A stretch of 53,692 nt of DNA from a virus: the IMG/VR virus record IMGVR_UViG_3300050190_000114; one strand, written 5' to 3'. A program made the position numbers and the translations under genes. The notes under the pieces are model-generated. The model made no database searches, was not told the origin of the DNA, and saw only the letters and a program-made list of their open reading frames with translations. Shown piece by piece: positions 9,124 to 17,014 of the stretch. How positions within the stretch are numbered: the first letter of the stretch is position 1; each line of letters begins with the position of its first letter.

Positions 9124-9536
9124 TGGCGAAGCAAACACGAGCAAGCGTCGAAGCGAAAATCCAGCGCTTGAATGATCTGATGAGCCGACGGATGCTCACA
9201 GCCAAAGAAAGACAGCGCTGGAGGCAATTAGTCGCATTGGCGGAACGATTGAAAAGGAATCCCGTGGCAACCAAGAAGAAAAAGAAGAAAGCGAAGCGCC
9301 CGGCCAAGAAGAACTGCAAGACAGCCCGGAACAAAAAACAGACGCGCGCCAAAACCAAGAAGCGCTCCACCGCGCGCAAAAAGTCTAATCCGGCGAAGAA
9401 TCTACGGGCCAAAATCTCTCAAATGAAACCCGGAAGCTGGTACCCCACTACTTTATCTGGCGCCCGTGTAAAAGTTCAAAGGAAAGGAAACAACAGTCTG
9501 CTAATCCGTCCCGCAGGTAAAAAACGCAGCCGATGA
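9123..9536 (+). CDS. Highly basic Lys/Arg-rich protein (possible DNA-condensing or internal protein)
   Basis: KKKKKKAKRPAKK tracts. C-terminal WYPTTLSGARVKVQ is paralogous to the 8551..9123 C-terminus. Confidence 0.6.
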   Translation: MAKQTRASVEAKIQRLNDLMSRRMLTAKERQRWRQLVALAERLKRNPVATKKKKKKAKRPAKKNCKTARNKKQTRAKTKKRSTARKKSNPAKNLRAKISQMKPGSWYPTTLSGARVKVQRKGNNSLLIRPAGKKRSR

Positions 9537-10252
9537 GCACAGTTCCACAATACGAATGGACCGGCTGGAGACGCACCGGCTATCAGATGCCTCACTGGGG
9601 ACTCTCCGGGAGTTCTCAGCAGGGAGACGCGAAAGCTGTAGCCGGATCATTGCAGCAGATGGCATCGGCAGCCACCAAGGCCGGCATCCCGATCGCGGGC
9701 GCAGTGTTGGAAGCGGGCGCCGCGCTGGCAAATATCGTCTCGCTGTTTGGCCCCAATCCAAACAACACCATCACAACCGAATGGGTAAACCAGATGGAAG
9801 CGGACGTAATGAAGCCGAACCTTGCAGCGTGGCAATCTCTCGCACCGGAAGAAAAGACACCCCAAGCTCAGCAGTACGCCCTGGAAGTTTTCAGCCAGGG
9901 CTGGAATCAGATCGTGCAATTATGCTCCAATCCCCAGCTCGGCTCGGCAGGATCAAACTGTCTGAAGGATCGGCAGCGTGGCGGTAAGTGGGACTGGTTT
10001 GGATACTACTACGATCCGATTGCAAACGATCCGGCAGTAGCGGCCAATGTCGCAGCGGCAAAAGTGGCGGCGCAAAGTTCCACACCGGGCGCACCTGTCA
10101 ACACTAGCACGCCGGGCTCGGCGGGCGGCAGCAACACCGCATCCGCTTCAGGCTCTACAACTGTTTCCAACTCAAGCACGAATCTCTACTTGTGGGGCGG
10201 GCTTGCTTTAATCGCTTTCGGATTGGGTTACGTCCTCACGGAGAACGACTGA
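9533..10252 (+). CDS. Late membrane protein (C-terminal TM, Ser/Thr-rich linker)
   Basis: ATGA overlap. C-terminal LWGGLALIAFGLGYVL. Confidence 0.65.
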   Translation: MSTVPQYEWTGWRRTGYQMPHWGLSGSSQQGDAKAVAGSLQQMASAATKAGIPIAGAVLEAGAALANIVSLFGPNPNNTITTEWVNQMEADVMKPNLAAWQSLAPEEKTPQAQQYALEVFSQGWNQIVQLCSNPQLGSAGSNCLKDRQRGGKWDWFGYYYDPIANDPAVAANVAAAKVAAQSSTPGAPVNTSTPGSAGGSNTASASGSTTVSNSSTNLYLWGGLALIAFGLGYVLTEND

Positions 10253-10935
10253 TGAACGTCCAACTCCGCAACGGAAACGGCTACCCCTCGCGTGGAGGCT
10301 TCCGCTACCCCGGCAGACAGAGACGATCCGGAATCGGCGCCGATCCTGGAGTGAACGTCACAACGATCTGGACACCCTCAGGCGGATGGAGCGGAAGCGG
10401 CAGCGGACCAGCGGTGTATCAAGCCCCCACACCCATAGCGCCTCCGGCTTGTAGCCAGGACACGCGACCGGGCGGCGCGGCATTCTCGTCGGCATGCATC
10501 GCGCAACTGCTAGCGACACAGCAGCAGAACATGGCGCAAGGAACCGCAGCGAACTACAACGTGGACGTACAGAACTGCTTGAATACCTTCCCGCAACCGC
10601 CAGACTGCTACTCGCGAACCTTCGGGCTCACCCTTCCAGGAACAACAGGCGGATCGACTGCCGATATTGTAAACGCAGCGGCTCTCTTGGGAGACCCAGC
10701 GGCGAAAGCGCTAGCCGCGGAAGGTGTACCGCCTACCCCTCCAGTGACAACGCCGCAGCAGACGCCGAAAGCAACACCTCCGCAGCAAGGCGGGACCACG
10801 GCAGATAGCACGAACGCCACAAGTTCATCGAGTTCAAGTTCCGGCGCAGCGCTAGTTTCGGCTCCCATCAATCCGATGCTGTATTGGATTGCGGGACTAG
10901 CAGCAGTAGCCTTGATTATTTCGGCGGTTAAATGA
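10252..10935 (+). CDS. Late membrane protein (C-terminal TM, Pro/Thr/Ser-rich linker)
   Basis: ATG 10252 overlaps the upstream stop. C-terminal YWIAGLAAVALIISAV. Confidence 0.65.
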   Translation: MNVQLRNGNGYPSRGGFRYPGRQRRSGIGADPGVNVTTIWTPSGGWSGSGSGPAVYQAPTPIAPPACSQDTRPGGAAFSSACIAQLLATQQQNMAQGTAANYNVDVQNCLNTFPQPPDCYSRTFGLTLPGTTGGSTADIVNAAALLGDPAAKALAAEGVPPTPPVTTPQQTPKATPPQQGGTTADSTNATSSSSSSSGAALVSAPINPMLYWIAGLAAVALIISAVK

Positions 10936-11459
10936 TGAGGGACTTCTCAGGCATGGGACAAGTCGGAATGGGGGATGCATCGTACGATTCCCTTGTCGCG
11001 GCCTTTGCGACTCGCGCGGTCGATCCGGCAGGCTTCGCGCGTATCCGCCCGGGCCGTCCGATTCCCAATCCTGAAACGTGCCTGAAGATCCAGTGTGGAG
11101 CGATTACGCAGGAAGAAGCCGGGATCGACCTCTTAGCCGATTGTTCGTTTGGAGGATTCGCCGGCGCGATGAGCTGCGCTTCGCCTCTCTGCGCTCCGTA
11201 TTGCGGATCAATGGCGACCGTTGCCCGAGCGTCCCAACCTTTACCCGTGGCGCCGCGTGTCGAGCAGATGTTCGTCGATGCGATTCAGAGGAACGGATGC
11301 GAGCCGGTTTATTGGGGCGCGAAGTTTGGCGGGCCGTATCCTGATTCTTCTCCGTGTGGATGTGGAGCGGGAGGGTTTATCAGGGAGCATCCGTTTGTAG
11401 CTGTAGCTCTACTTGGAGCGGCGGCTTATGGAATATACAGGTGGAGGGCCAGAAGATGA
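10932..11459 (+). CDS. Cys-rich late membrane protein (C-terminal TM)
   Basis: ATGA overlap. C-terminal FVAVALLGAAAYGIY. Confidence 0.65.
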   Translation: MMRDFSGMGQVGMGDASYDSLVAAFATRAVDPAGFARIRPGRPIPNPETCLKIQCGAITQEEAGIDLLADCSFGGFAGAMSCASPLCAPYCGSMATVARASQPLPVAPRVEQMFVDAIQRNGCEPVYWGAKFGGPYPDSSPCGCGAGGFIREHPFVAVALLGAAAYGIYRWRARR

Positions 11460-11542
11460 GGACTCGGGCTAAATTTAGTTGTTGGGCTCAACTGTTCTCA
11501 CGACTCCATGCTCGGCTTTGCGCGGCGGTGTTCTATGGATAG
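11456..11542 (+). CDS. Bridge ORF C (28 codons, L5 block only)
   Basis: ATGA overlap with the upstream stop. Its stop lies 5 nt past the downstream ATG 11535. L5 block at 11474-11526. Confidence 0.4.
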   Translation: MRTRAKFSCWAQLFSRLHARLCAAVFYG

Positions 11543-12149
11543 TCGCGTCAAATATGGTGTTCTTATCGTCGTCGGGGGAGTGGGAGTGTATCTGATCTGG
11601 AAGGGCGGATATTTGGCGCAGTGGTTCCCTAGTCTGTTTGGTCCAGGCGCTCCGCTGGCGACGGCCCCGGTTACCACTCCAACGGGAGTAACCCCGGCGC
11701 AGGTTGCGGCCATCATGGCGCAGCAGCCATCTAGCCTACCTGCCATCAGTGCGCCTACAGCTCCGGTCCCCGCACCGACGCCCACCACACCTGTCTCGGT
11801 TCCATCGACACCAGCAAGTCCCGTAAATCCCGCACCAGCGGCAACACAATTGATTTCGCAAAAGATGACAGCGCTGGCGGGAACATCTACCGGGCTTGGG
11901 ATGGATCAGTGGTGCTACTTCTATACAGCGGCCACGGGGCAGGATTGCCCCTTCGATCCGGGTTCGATCGATCCGCAGACCTACCAGGACGCCGGCATAC
12001 TCGCAGCCGATGGCTCAGCGGGAGACAGAAGCACCCCGACCGACATTGGAACATGGCTGGCAATGGCGCAACTTCAGGCTCCCCAGCTCGGCTTGACCGG
12101 CATCGAAGGACTGGCAGCGTTACACGTTGCGAATGCGTGGCTGGTATGA
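11535..12149 (+). CDS. Late membrane protein (N-terminal TM, Pro/Ala/Thr-rich)
   Basis: Hydrophobic YGVLIVVGGVGVYLIW. An alternative ATG exists at 11508. Confidence 0.6.
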   Translation: MDSRVKYGVLIVVGGVGVYLIWKGGYLAQWFPSLFGPGAPLATAPVTTPTGVTPAQVAAIMAQQPSSLPAISAPTAPVPAPTPTTPVSVPSTPASPVNPAPAATQLISQKMTALAGTSTGLGMDQWCYFYTAATGQDCPFDPGSIDPQTYQDAGILAADGSAGDRSTPTDIGTWLAMAQLQAPQLGLTGIEGLAALHVANAWLV

Positions 12150-12313
12150 GAAAAGGCTTTCTGTATCGCACGATGATGGCGGCATTCCGGTTCCGACGTT
12201 GGACTCCGCTCGTTAAATTCGGCTTGTTCACATTGCTAGTCGTTTTCGCGCTCGTTTTCGCGCTGGAGACTTTGGGACTCTCAATCTTCTGGTTGAATGG
12301 AGGCGGGTTTTGA
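12146..12313 (+). CDS. Small TM protein (55 aa)
   Basis: ATGA overlap. Hydrophobic FGLFTLLVVFALVFAL. The 3' end contains a degenerate reverse R1-like GGTTGAATGGAGG. Confidence 0.5.
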   Translation: MRKGFLYRTMMAAFRFRRWTPLVKFGLFTLLVVFALVFALETLGLSIFWLNGGGF

Positions 12314-12531
12314 GCGCCATCATCAGTTTATCGAGTGGTCACGCGAAGGCGGATCTTATCTTGCAATTCGGAGTGGGTACCGAGAATCCAAGCGTGATGA
12401 TTATCAACCACGTGGGCGAAGAGACCATCGAATTCGGCGACATTCAGCGGTTTTCCGATGAAGAGTTGGAAGTAAAAGCCACCGCGCTTGGACCCAAAAC
12501 GAAGGGCAAGACTGCAAAGGCCAAATCATGA
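12310..12531 (+). CDS. Hypothetical small late protein
   Basis: The TTG start overlaps the upstream stop. Confidence 0.5.
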   Translation: MSAIISLSSGHAKADLILQFGVGTENPSVMIINHVGEETIEFGDIQRFSDEELEVKATALGPKTKGKTAKAKS

Positions 12532-12704
12532 AGAACCTCGGAGGCTACGGGTATCAATGGAGGCATTCCCCGGGATGCTGTAAAGCCGGAGCGATTGCAG
12601 CCGGAGACGTGAGGCCAGATTGTGAATCCTCATGCTGGTTTTGGATTCTCGCGTTAGGAGCGGTGGGACTGGCGATGATTCTTCCAAAAAAGGGGCAGAA
12701 GTGA
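12528..12704 (+). CDS. Small Cys-rich TM protein (58 aa, below the track cutoff)
   Basis: ATGA overlap with the upstream stop. Translation MKNLGGYGYQWRHSPGCCKAG..WFWILALGAVGLAMIL. Confidence 0.5.
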   Translation: MKNLGGYGYQWRHSPGCCKAGAIAAGDVRPDCESSCWFWILALGAVGLAMILPKKGQK

Positions 12705-13009
12705 AATCAGTTTTTGGGCTGATCGGGATGTTGCGGCTCTGTGCTCGGCATTGCGCGGAGGCGTTGAAATTCCGGTCCCCAGCGTTGCGCCAATTCAGGA
12801 ACAGAGCATACCGGGCATTCCGAACTCGTACGTATGCTGAATTCGCTGTGGCGATGAATTGTGAAGAATGCGCCACAGTCGGGACAGGTGACAGTTTCGG
12901 ACATTTCGGAAATGCGTCCGAGCATCAAGGCCTCCGCGCACTGATGGCCAGAATAGCAGAAATCTTCAACGGCGGTTTACCCCTAATCCCAATTGAGGCG
13001 CTGACATGA
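12701..13009 (+). CDS. Bridge ORF B (sense ORF spanning late cassette B)
   Basis: GTGA overlap upstream and ATGA overlap downstream. L5 block at 12711-12758. L3 block at 12967-12983. Same frame as track ORF 12632..13009. Confidence 0.4.
   Translation: MKSVFGLIGMLRLCARHCAEALKFRSPALRQFRNRAYRAFRTRTYAEFAVAMNCEECATVGTGDSFGHFGNASEHQGLRALMARIAEIFNGGLPLIPIEALT
12707..12928 (-). CDS. Antisense zinc-ribbon protein inside cassette B
   Basis: Pattern CPDCGAFF..CPVC. Its C-terminus RAMPSTEPQHPDQPKN is encoded by the reverse complement of the L5 block. Confidence 0.45.
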   Translation of the reverse strand: MMLGRISEMSETVTCPDCGAFFTIHRHSEFSIRTSSECPVCSVPELAQRWGPEFQRLRAMPSTEPQHPDQPKN

Positions 13010-13692
13010 TCTACCCCACCACTCTCAGCTCAGCGTTACGCACCTCTCCGAATCTATCCAGCCCTCTCTATCGCCGATGGTTTCCAGGTGCAGGACAAAG
13101 AGGCGGCGGATTCGCCGGTATGGGATTGTGCGACCCGGCATCGGATCCGACCTGCGGAGTAGTGGATGTAAGCACCGACCCAAGCATTACTCCGATTGTG
13201 GCAGTTCCCAGTAGCGATCCAGGCGCATCCCTTTATAGCCAGTTGATCGCCCAAGGAGTGGCGCCAGCCGACGCCTACCAATACGATCCAACAGGAGCTA
13301 TCGCGGCCGGCGTCGATCCAAGCACTTTGTATGCGGCGCCGGGCTACAACATCACGAACGTCACGCCCGGTACCGCCTTGACTCCCGCGCAACTCACAGC
13401 CCAGCAGGTAGCGGCGCAAGCGGCGCTTTTAAAGATGGTTCCCGCGGCTTCCAGCGCAGCACTCACAGCAGCGCAAATCGCAGCAGGGCTCACAACGGGA
13501 ACAGTTTCCCAAGTTGCTACGACAGTCTGCCCCAGCGGATACAGGTCCTCGACGGGCGCATGCGTTGCCGCAGCGGGCCAGTGGTTCTCTTTTGCCACGA
13601 ATGCCCAAGTGATGACCTATGGCGCCGTGATTCTCGGAGCGCTGGTTATCCTGCCGATGCTTTCGGGCGGCGGCGGAAGGCGGCGGCGATGA
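13006..13692 (+). CDS. Late membrane protein (C-terminal TM, CPSGY motif)
   Basis: Preceded by the L3 block. Motif VCPSGYRSSTGAC. C-terminal TM followed by RRRR. Confidence 0.65.
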   Translation: MIYPTTLSSALRTSPNLSSPLYRRWFPGAGQRGGGFAGMGLCDPASDPTCGVVDVSTDPSITPIVAVPSSDPGASLYSQLIAQGVAPADAYQYDPTGAIAAGVDPSTLYAAPGYNITNVTPGTALTPAQLTAQQVAAQAALLKMVPAASSAALTAAQIAAGLTTGTVSQVATTVCPSGYRSSTGACVAAAGQWFSFATNAQVMTYGAVILGALVILPMLSGGGGRRRR

Positions 13693-13961
13693 CAGCACCT
13701 ACTCCCATCACCATGACGCAGGCGCAACTCGACGCGCAGACCCAGAGCGGAGCATTGCTTGTGGTCGATCCAAGCATCTGCCCCTCTGGCTATACGCAAG
13801 CCATCGGTGGTTGCTTGGATACACCGGCACCCGCGGCGGGTCCCTCGATTACTACGTGGCTCATCGGGCTTGCAATCGTGGGCGGGCTCGCGTGGTACTT
13901 CTGGCCGCAGATCACTGCCCAAATCCGGGAATGGATTCCCAGTCTGGAGGCGCAGCAATGA
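13689..13961 (+). CDS. Small late membrane protein (CPSGY paralog)
   Basis: ATGA overlap. Motif ICPSGYTQAIGGC. TM segment WLIGLAIVGGLAWYFW. Confidence 0.6.
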   Translation: MTAPTPITMTQAQLDAQTQSGALLVVDPSICPSGYTQAIGGCLDTPAPAAGPSITTWLIGLAIVGGLAWYFWPQITAQIREWIPSLEAQQ

Positions 13962-14218
13962 AAGCTGTTGTACCTCCAGGCCGATTAGATATCCTCGGCC
14001 ACGAAATGTTGAAAGCGGGGCTGAAAGCAAACGGGGATCCGCTATTACGCATCGCCGAAAAGATGATGGAGAACCAGATCCGGCAAGCCTTGACGGAAAC
14101 GCTGGGACCCGGCACGAAGGCCGGCGAGTTCGCAATCAAGGCAATCAGCGCGGTGGAAGAATTCAAAAAGCGCTACCTGGAAGCGCAGGCTCAGATTCAA
14201 GCGGAGGATTCCGAGTGA
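13958..14218 (+). CDS. Small soluble late protein
   Basis: ATGA overlap. Helical-looking composition. Confidence 0.55.
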   Translation: MKAVVPPGRLDILGHEMLKAGLKANGDPLLRIAEKMMENQIRQALTETLGPGTKAGEFAIKAISAVEEFKKRYLEAQAQIQAEDSE

Positions 14219-14790
14219 ATCGACCTCGATCCAATCTGGCGCGCCCGCATGCTCCAGGAATGGGAGCCATCGACGCCAACGGTGTTCCGTACAACGATAC
14301 CGGCGACGGAATCACGCCCGCGAATTTCCAGTCACTATGCTGCGCGGATGCAGGAGCACTGGCAACCCCATCCTGCTCGGCATTCGTTCAAGAGAATCCG
14401 GCGAAGTTCGGCGGATACACGCCCTGCTCAGCAGCAGCGCAAGAGGCTTTACAGTTCAAGAATCTTCCAGGGCCGACCGCGCCACCTCCACCGGCCGGGG
14501 CGTATTCTCCGAGCACCATTCCTGGAGATCCGAACGCGATTATTAATCAGATCATCGCGGCGGGAGCGGCCGGAGACGTGACGCAGAACAGAGCGGCGGC
14601 GGCAGACATTCTAGCGGCCCTCTGCGCCTCACAGACGGCTACCTGCCAATCGAGTTTCTGGAGTTGGTTCGTCTCACCCAGCGCCGATTGTACGGGCTGT
14701 TCTTTCGACTGGAGCAAACCGGCGTCACTGTTTTTGATCGCAGGATTGGGACTCTTGGGACTCGCGCTGGTAAAGGGGATCGTGAAATGA
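14215..14790 (+). CDS. Cys-rich late membrane protein (C-terminal TM)
   Basis: GTGA overlap. C-terminal LFLIAGLGLLGLALV. Confidence 0.6.
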   Translation: MNRPRSNLARPHAPGMGAIDANGVPYNDTGDGITPANFQSLCCADAGALATPSCSAFVQENPAKFGGYTPCSAAAQEALQFKNLPGPTAPPPPAGAYSPSTIPGDPNAIINQIIAAGAAGDVTQNRAAAADILAALCASQTATCQSSFWSWFVSPSADCTGCSFDWSKPASLFLIAGLGLLGLALVKGIVK

Positions 14791-14975
14791 AAGCTGCCGC
14801 GCTCACACCCGATACCGGATCGTCAACAATGACGCGGCCAATCACTAATCGAACCGGCATGGAGCCATTCTTCGAATTCCTGAACGCCATACTCTACGCC
14901 TTCGTTCAGATTCGAATCGAGTGGCAAGCCTTCAAATCGTATCGGCGGAACATTCCGCAAGGAGCAAGTTTATGA
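14787..14975 (+). CDS. Small late protein
   Basis: ATGA overlaps at both ends. Confidence 0.5.
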   Translation: MKAAALTPDTGSSTMTRPITNRTGMEPFFEFLNAILYAFVQIRIEWQAFKSYRRNIPQGASL

Positions 14976-15346
14976 TGGGAGCAATTGCCAAACGTCGAGG
15001 GCTGAGAGATTTCGTCTCAGCAAACTTCCCGGAGCCCTACAACCCGATCTATCACCCCGCACTGGGAGACCTGCGCGACTTCGTAAGCGCAGAATTTCCC
15101 GAACCCTACAACCCGATCTACCCGGATACCCACACCGGGATTCGAGGGATGGGATGCGGCGGCGGTTGCGGCTGCGCGGAGTGCGGCATGGGCGCGCTCG
15201 CCGTGCCAGCCTGGGCGATGACCTTACCGGCTCCGCTGAATGGAGTGGACCCGGCATTGAGTATTCCGTGGGTGTATTGGGGACTCGGGATTGGCGGCCT
15301 ATTGGTTGTCGGGCCGATGCTGTTCGGTCGGAAAGGAAGGCGGTAA
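14972..15346 (+). CDS. Late membrane protein with a duplicated LRDFVSAxFPEPYNPIY motif
   Basis: ATGA overlap. Two tandem motif copies, a Gly/Cys cluster, and a C-terminal TM. Confidence 0.65.
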   Translation: MMGAIAKRRGLRDFVSANFPEPYNPIYHPALGDLRDFVSAEFPEPYNPIYPDTHTGIRGMGCGGGCGCAECGMGALAVPAWAMTLPAPLNGVDPALSIPWVYWGLGIGGLLVVGPMLFGRKGRR

Positions 15347-15352
15347 AAACGT

Positions 15353-15526
15353 ATGACGACGCAATCTATTTTCTGTATCGTGCTGGCGTGCTTGTGCATC
15401 TTGCTCGCCTTGTTCGATTACTTTCGGACCCCACCGGCGAATCCACCGGGCAGAGAGCCTCTATTCTGGCCGCTGCTCGGCATTCTCATTATCGAGACAT
15501 GCCGGATGTTTGGAGCCCACGCATGA
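15353..15526 (+). CDS. Small two-TM membrane protein (57 aa, below the track cutoff)
   Basis: Translation MTTQSIFCIVLACLCILLALF..LFWPLLGILIIETC. ATGA overlap with the next gene. Confidence 0.5.
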   Translation: MTTQSIFCIVLACLCILLALFDYFRTPPANPPGREPLFWPLLGILIIETCRMFGAHA

Positions 15527-16032
15527 AAAGCATCATCAGCATCATCCCGATTGTGTTCCTGATTCTGGCGCTCCTAAGTGTGGGCTGTCAGACCTCCACG
15601 GTGATTTCAACCCTTGAAAGTGTTGTTTCTGCCGCCGAGATCGCGATACCTGTGATCGGCGCCGCTACGGGATTGAGTTCCGCGACCTCGGCTAAGATCG
15701 TCCAGTATTTGCAGGAGGTGAATATTGCGACCGCACAAGCATCGACTATTCTCGCGGGTACTGGAACATCTGCGCAAAAAGCGGCGGAGATCGCGAAAGC
15801 ATTTGCCGCTATCGCTCAAGGGTGTAACTGTGTTCCCGCGGGTACACCGCAAGAAGTTGTAGCCGTGGTGAACGCGGTAGCGCAGGCAGTCCTGCAATTC
15901 TTAACCAACTTCCCACCGACGCCAGCGCCGCCTCCAGTTGTGAAGGTCACAGCAGCGAATAGGATGGCCCTTGCGAACATCCGTGTCAGGGCGGAAGCGA
16001 ACGCAGGTAAATTGAAAGGAGTCAAAAAGTGA
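15523..16032 (+). CDS. Putative lipoprotein
   Basis: Signal peptide with a lipobox-like LLSVGC. Confidence 0.6.
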   Translation: MKSIISIIPIVFLILALLSVGCQTSTVISTLESVVSAAEIAIPVIGAATGLSSATSAKIVQYLQEVNIATAQASTILAGTGTSAQKAAEIAKAFAAIAQGCNCVPAGTPQEVVAVVNAVAQAVLQFLTNFPPTPAPPPVVKVTAANRMALANIRVRAEANAGKLKGVKK

Positions 16033-16424
16033 CTGAACCAATCGAACCAATCGACAACAAGGCAGCGCCAGCCGTAACCTGGACTTTCAACCCGGCGCAA
16101 CTGGCGACCTGGGACGACGCCCGCGCACTAGCGGCACAGATTGAATCCTTCCGCATCACCCAAGGCGTTCCGATGGGCGGGGGAGTCAGAATCGAAACGA
16201 AAGACGCGACGACTTCAGGCATCTACGTTCCGAGCTGGGTAGGAGGGCCGGGAGGATTCCCAGAGCCGAACGACCTGGAGAATTTGAAGTACTGGCTTCA
16301 CTTCCGATTCAATAACGGGGCGTCCGGGCTCAACGTGGGGCTGATTCTCGACAAGCTGGCGAGGTACGGCGGAAATACGCTGTACGTGTTCGGATCGCTG
16401 GCGAACGATTTACAGCAGGGCTAA
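16029..16424 (+). CDS. Hypothetical late protein
   Basis: GTGA overlap with the upstream stop. Confidence 0.6.
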   Translation: MTEPIEPIDNKAAPAVTWTFNPAQLATWDDARALAAQIESFRITQGVPMGGGVRIETKDATTSGIYVPSWVGGPGGFPEPNDLENLKYWLHFRFNNGASGLNVGLILDKLARYGGNTLYVFGSLANDLQQG

Positions 16425-16426
16425 CG

Positions 16427-17014
16427 ATGCGTGTTTTTCTATGTGTGGTGGTTCTGATGACCTTTGAGCAATATCTGGCCGCGATGCGGAAGACGCCGGA
16501 GTTCGTCAAGAACCATCGGAACCCCTACGCCGATTCGCTCGCTCAGGACCTAGACGCGCATCTGAAGACCGTCCGCGCCTGGTTATTGGGAAACATCCAC
16601 ACGGCCAAAATGCTCGACGCGATGAAGTTTTTCAATACCGTCTTTCCGGGCCACTACGACGCCAAGGAAGGGAAGAAACTCTATCGCGGGCAGAATACGG
16701 ACCAGTTTGACGGGACGCCGCGCTCCTACTCCTACGACCGCTGGATAGCGGACAGTTTCTCCTGTGAACCGACAGCGGGGCCTTTCGTCAAGCTATTTTC
16801 CAAGCATACGGAATCGTTTGTGATCGAGCGGAAGGTCTGTAAAGCATGTCCAGACCGGGGCGCTTTCAAATATTCTCTTGACCTCGCCAAGATCCTCAGC
16901 GAGTACGGGACGGGCAAGCACAAGTATGCGGTGGAAAGTGAAGTGGTGATCTTGAACACGAAGCCAAAAGGCAAAACGGCCAGCGTGGTCAACATCGAGT
17001 GTGAACGGACGTAA
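16427..17014 (+). CDS. Candidate R-S-ExE ADP-ribosyltransferase (virion-associated?)
   Basis: Motifs KLYRG, RSYSYDRWIADSF and AVESEVVIL appear in the canonical order. The R-to-S spacing is shorter than in classical toxins. Confidence 0.35.
   Translation: MRVFLCVVVLMTFEQYLAAMRKTPEFVKNHRNPYADSLAQDLDAHLKTVRAWLLGNIHTAKMLDAMKFFNTVFPGHYDAKEGKKLYRGQNTDQFDGTPRSYSYDRWIADSFSCEPTAGPFVKLFSKHTESFVIERKVCKACPDRGAFKYSLDLAKILSEYGTGKHKYAVESEVVILNTKPKGKTASVVNIECERT

Noticed and set aside
8966-9412. 148-aa minus ORF rich in Phe/Leu/Arg
   Set aside because: It is antisense to the polylysine gene 9123..9536. The AAG/AAA runs read as CTT/TTT, so it is a classic shadow ORF.
11481-11490. GTTGGGC / GCCCAAC in L5 heads as integron attC core and inverse-core sites
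   Set aside because: Most copies read GTTTGGG rather than GTTRRRY. There is no paired inverse core per cassette (except 29655/30015) and no integron integrase.
12741-12758. L5 core GGCATTGC read as a sigma54 promoter (GG-N10-GC)
   Set aside because: The GG and GC are only 4 nt apart instead of 10, and no enhancer-binding protein is encoded.
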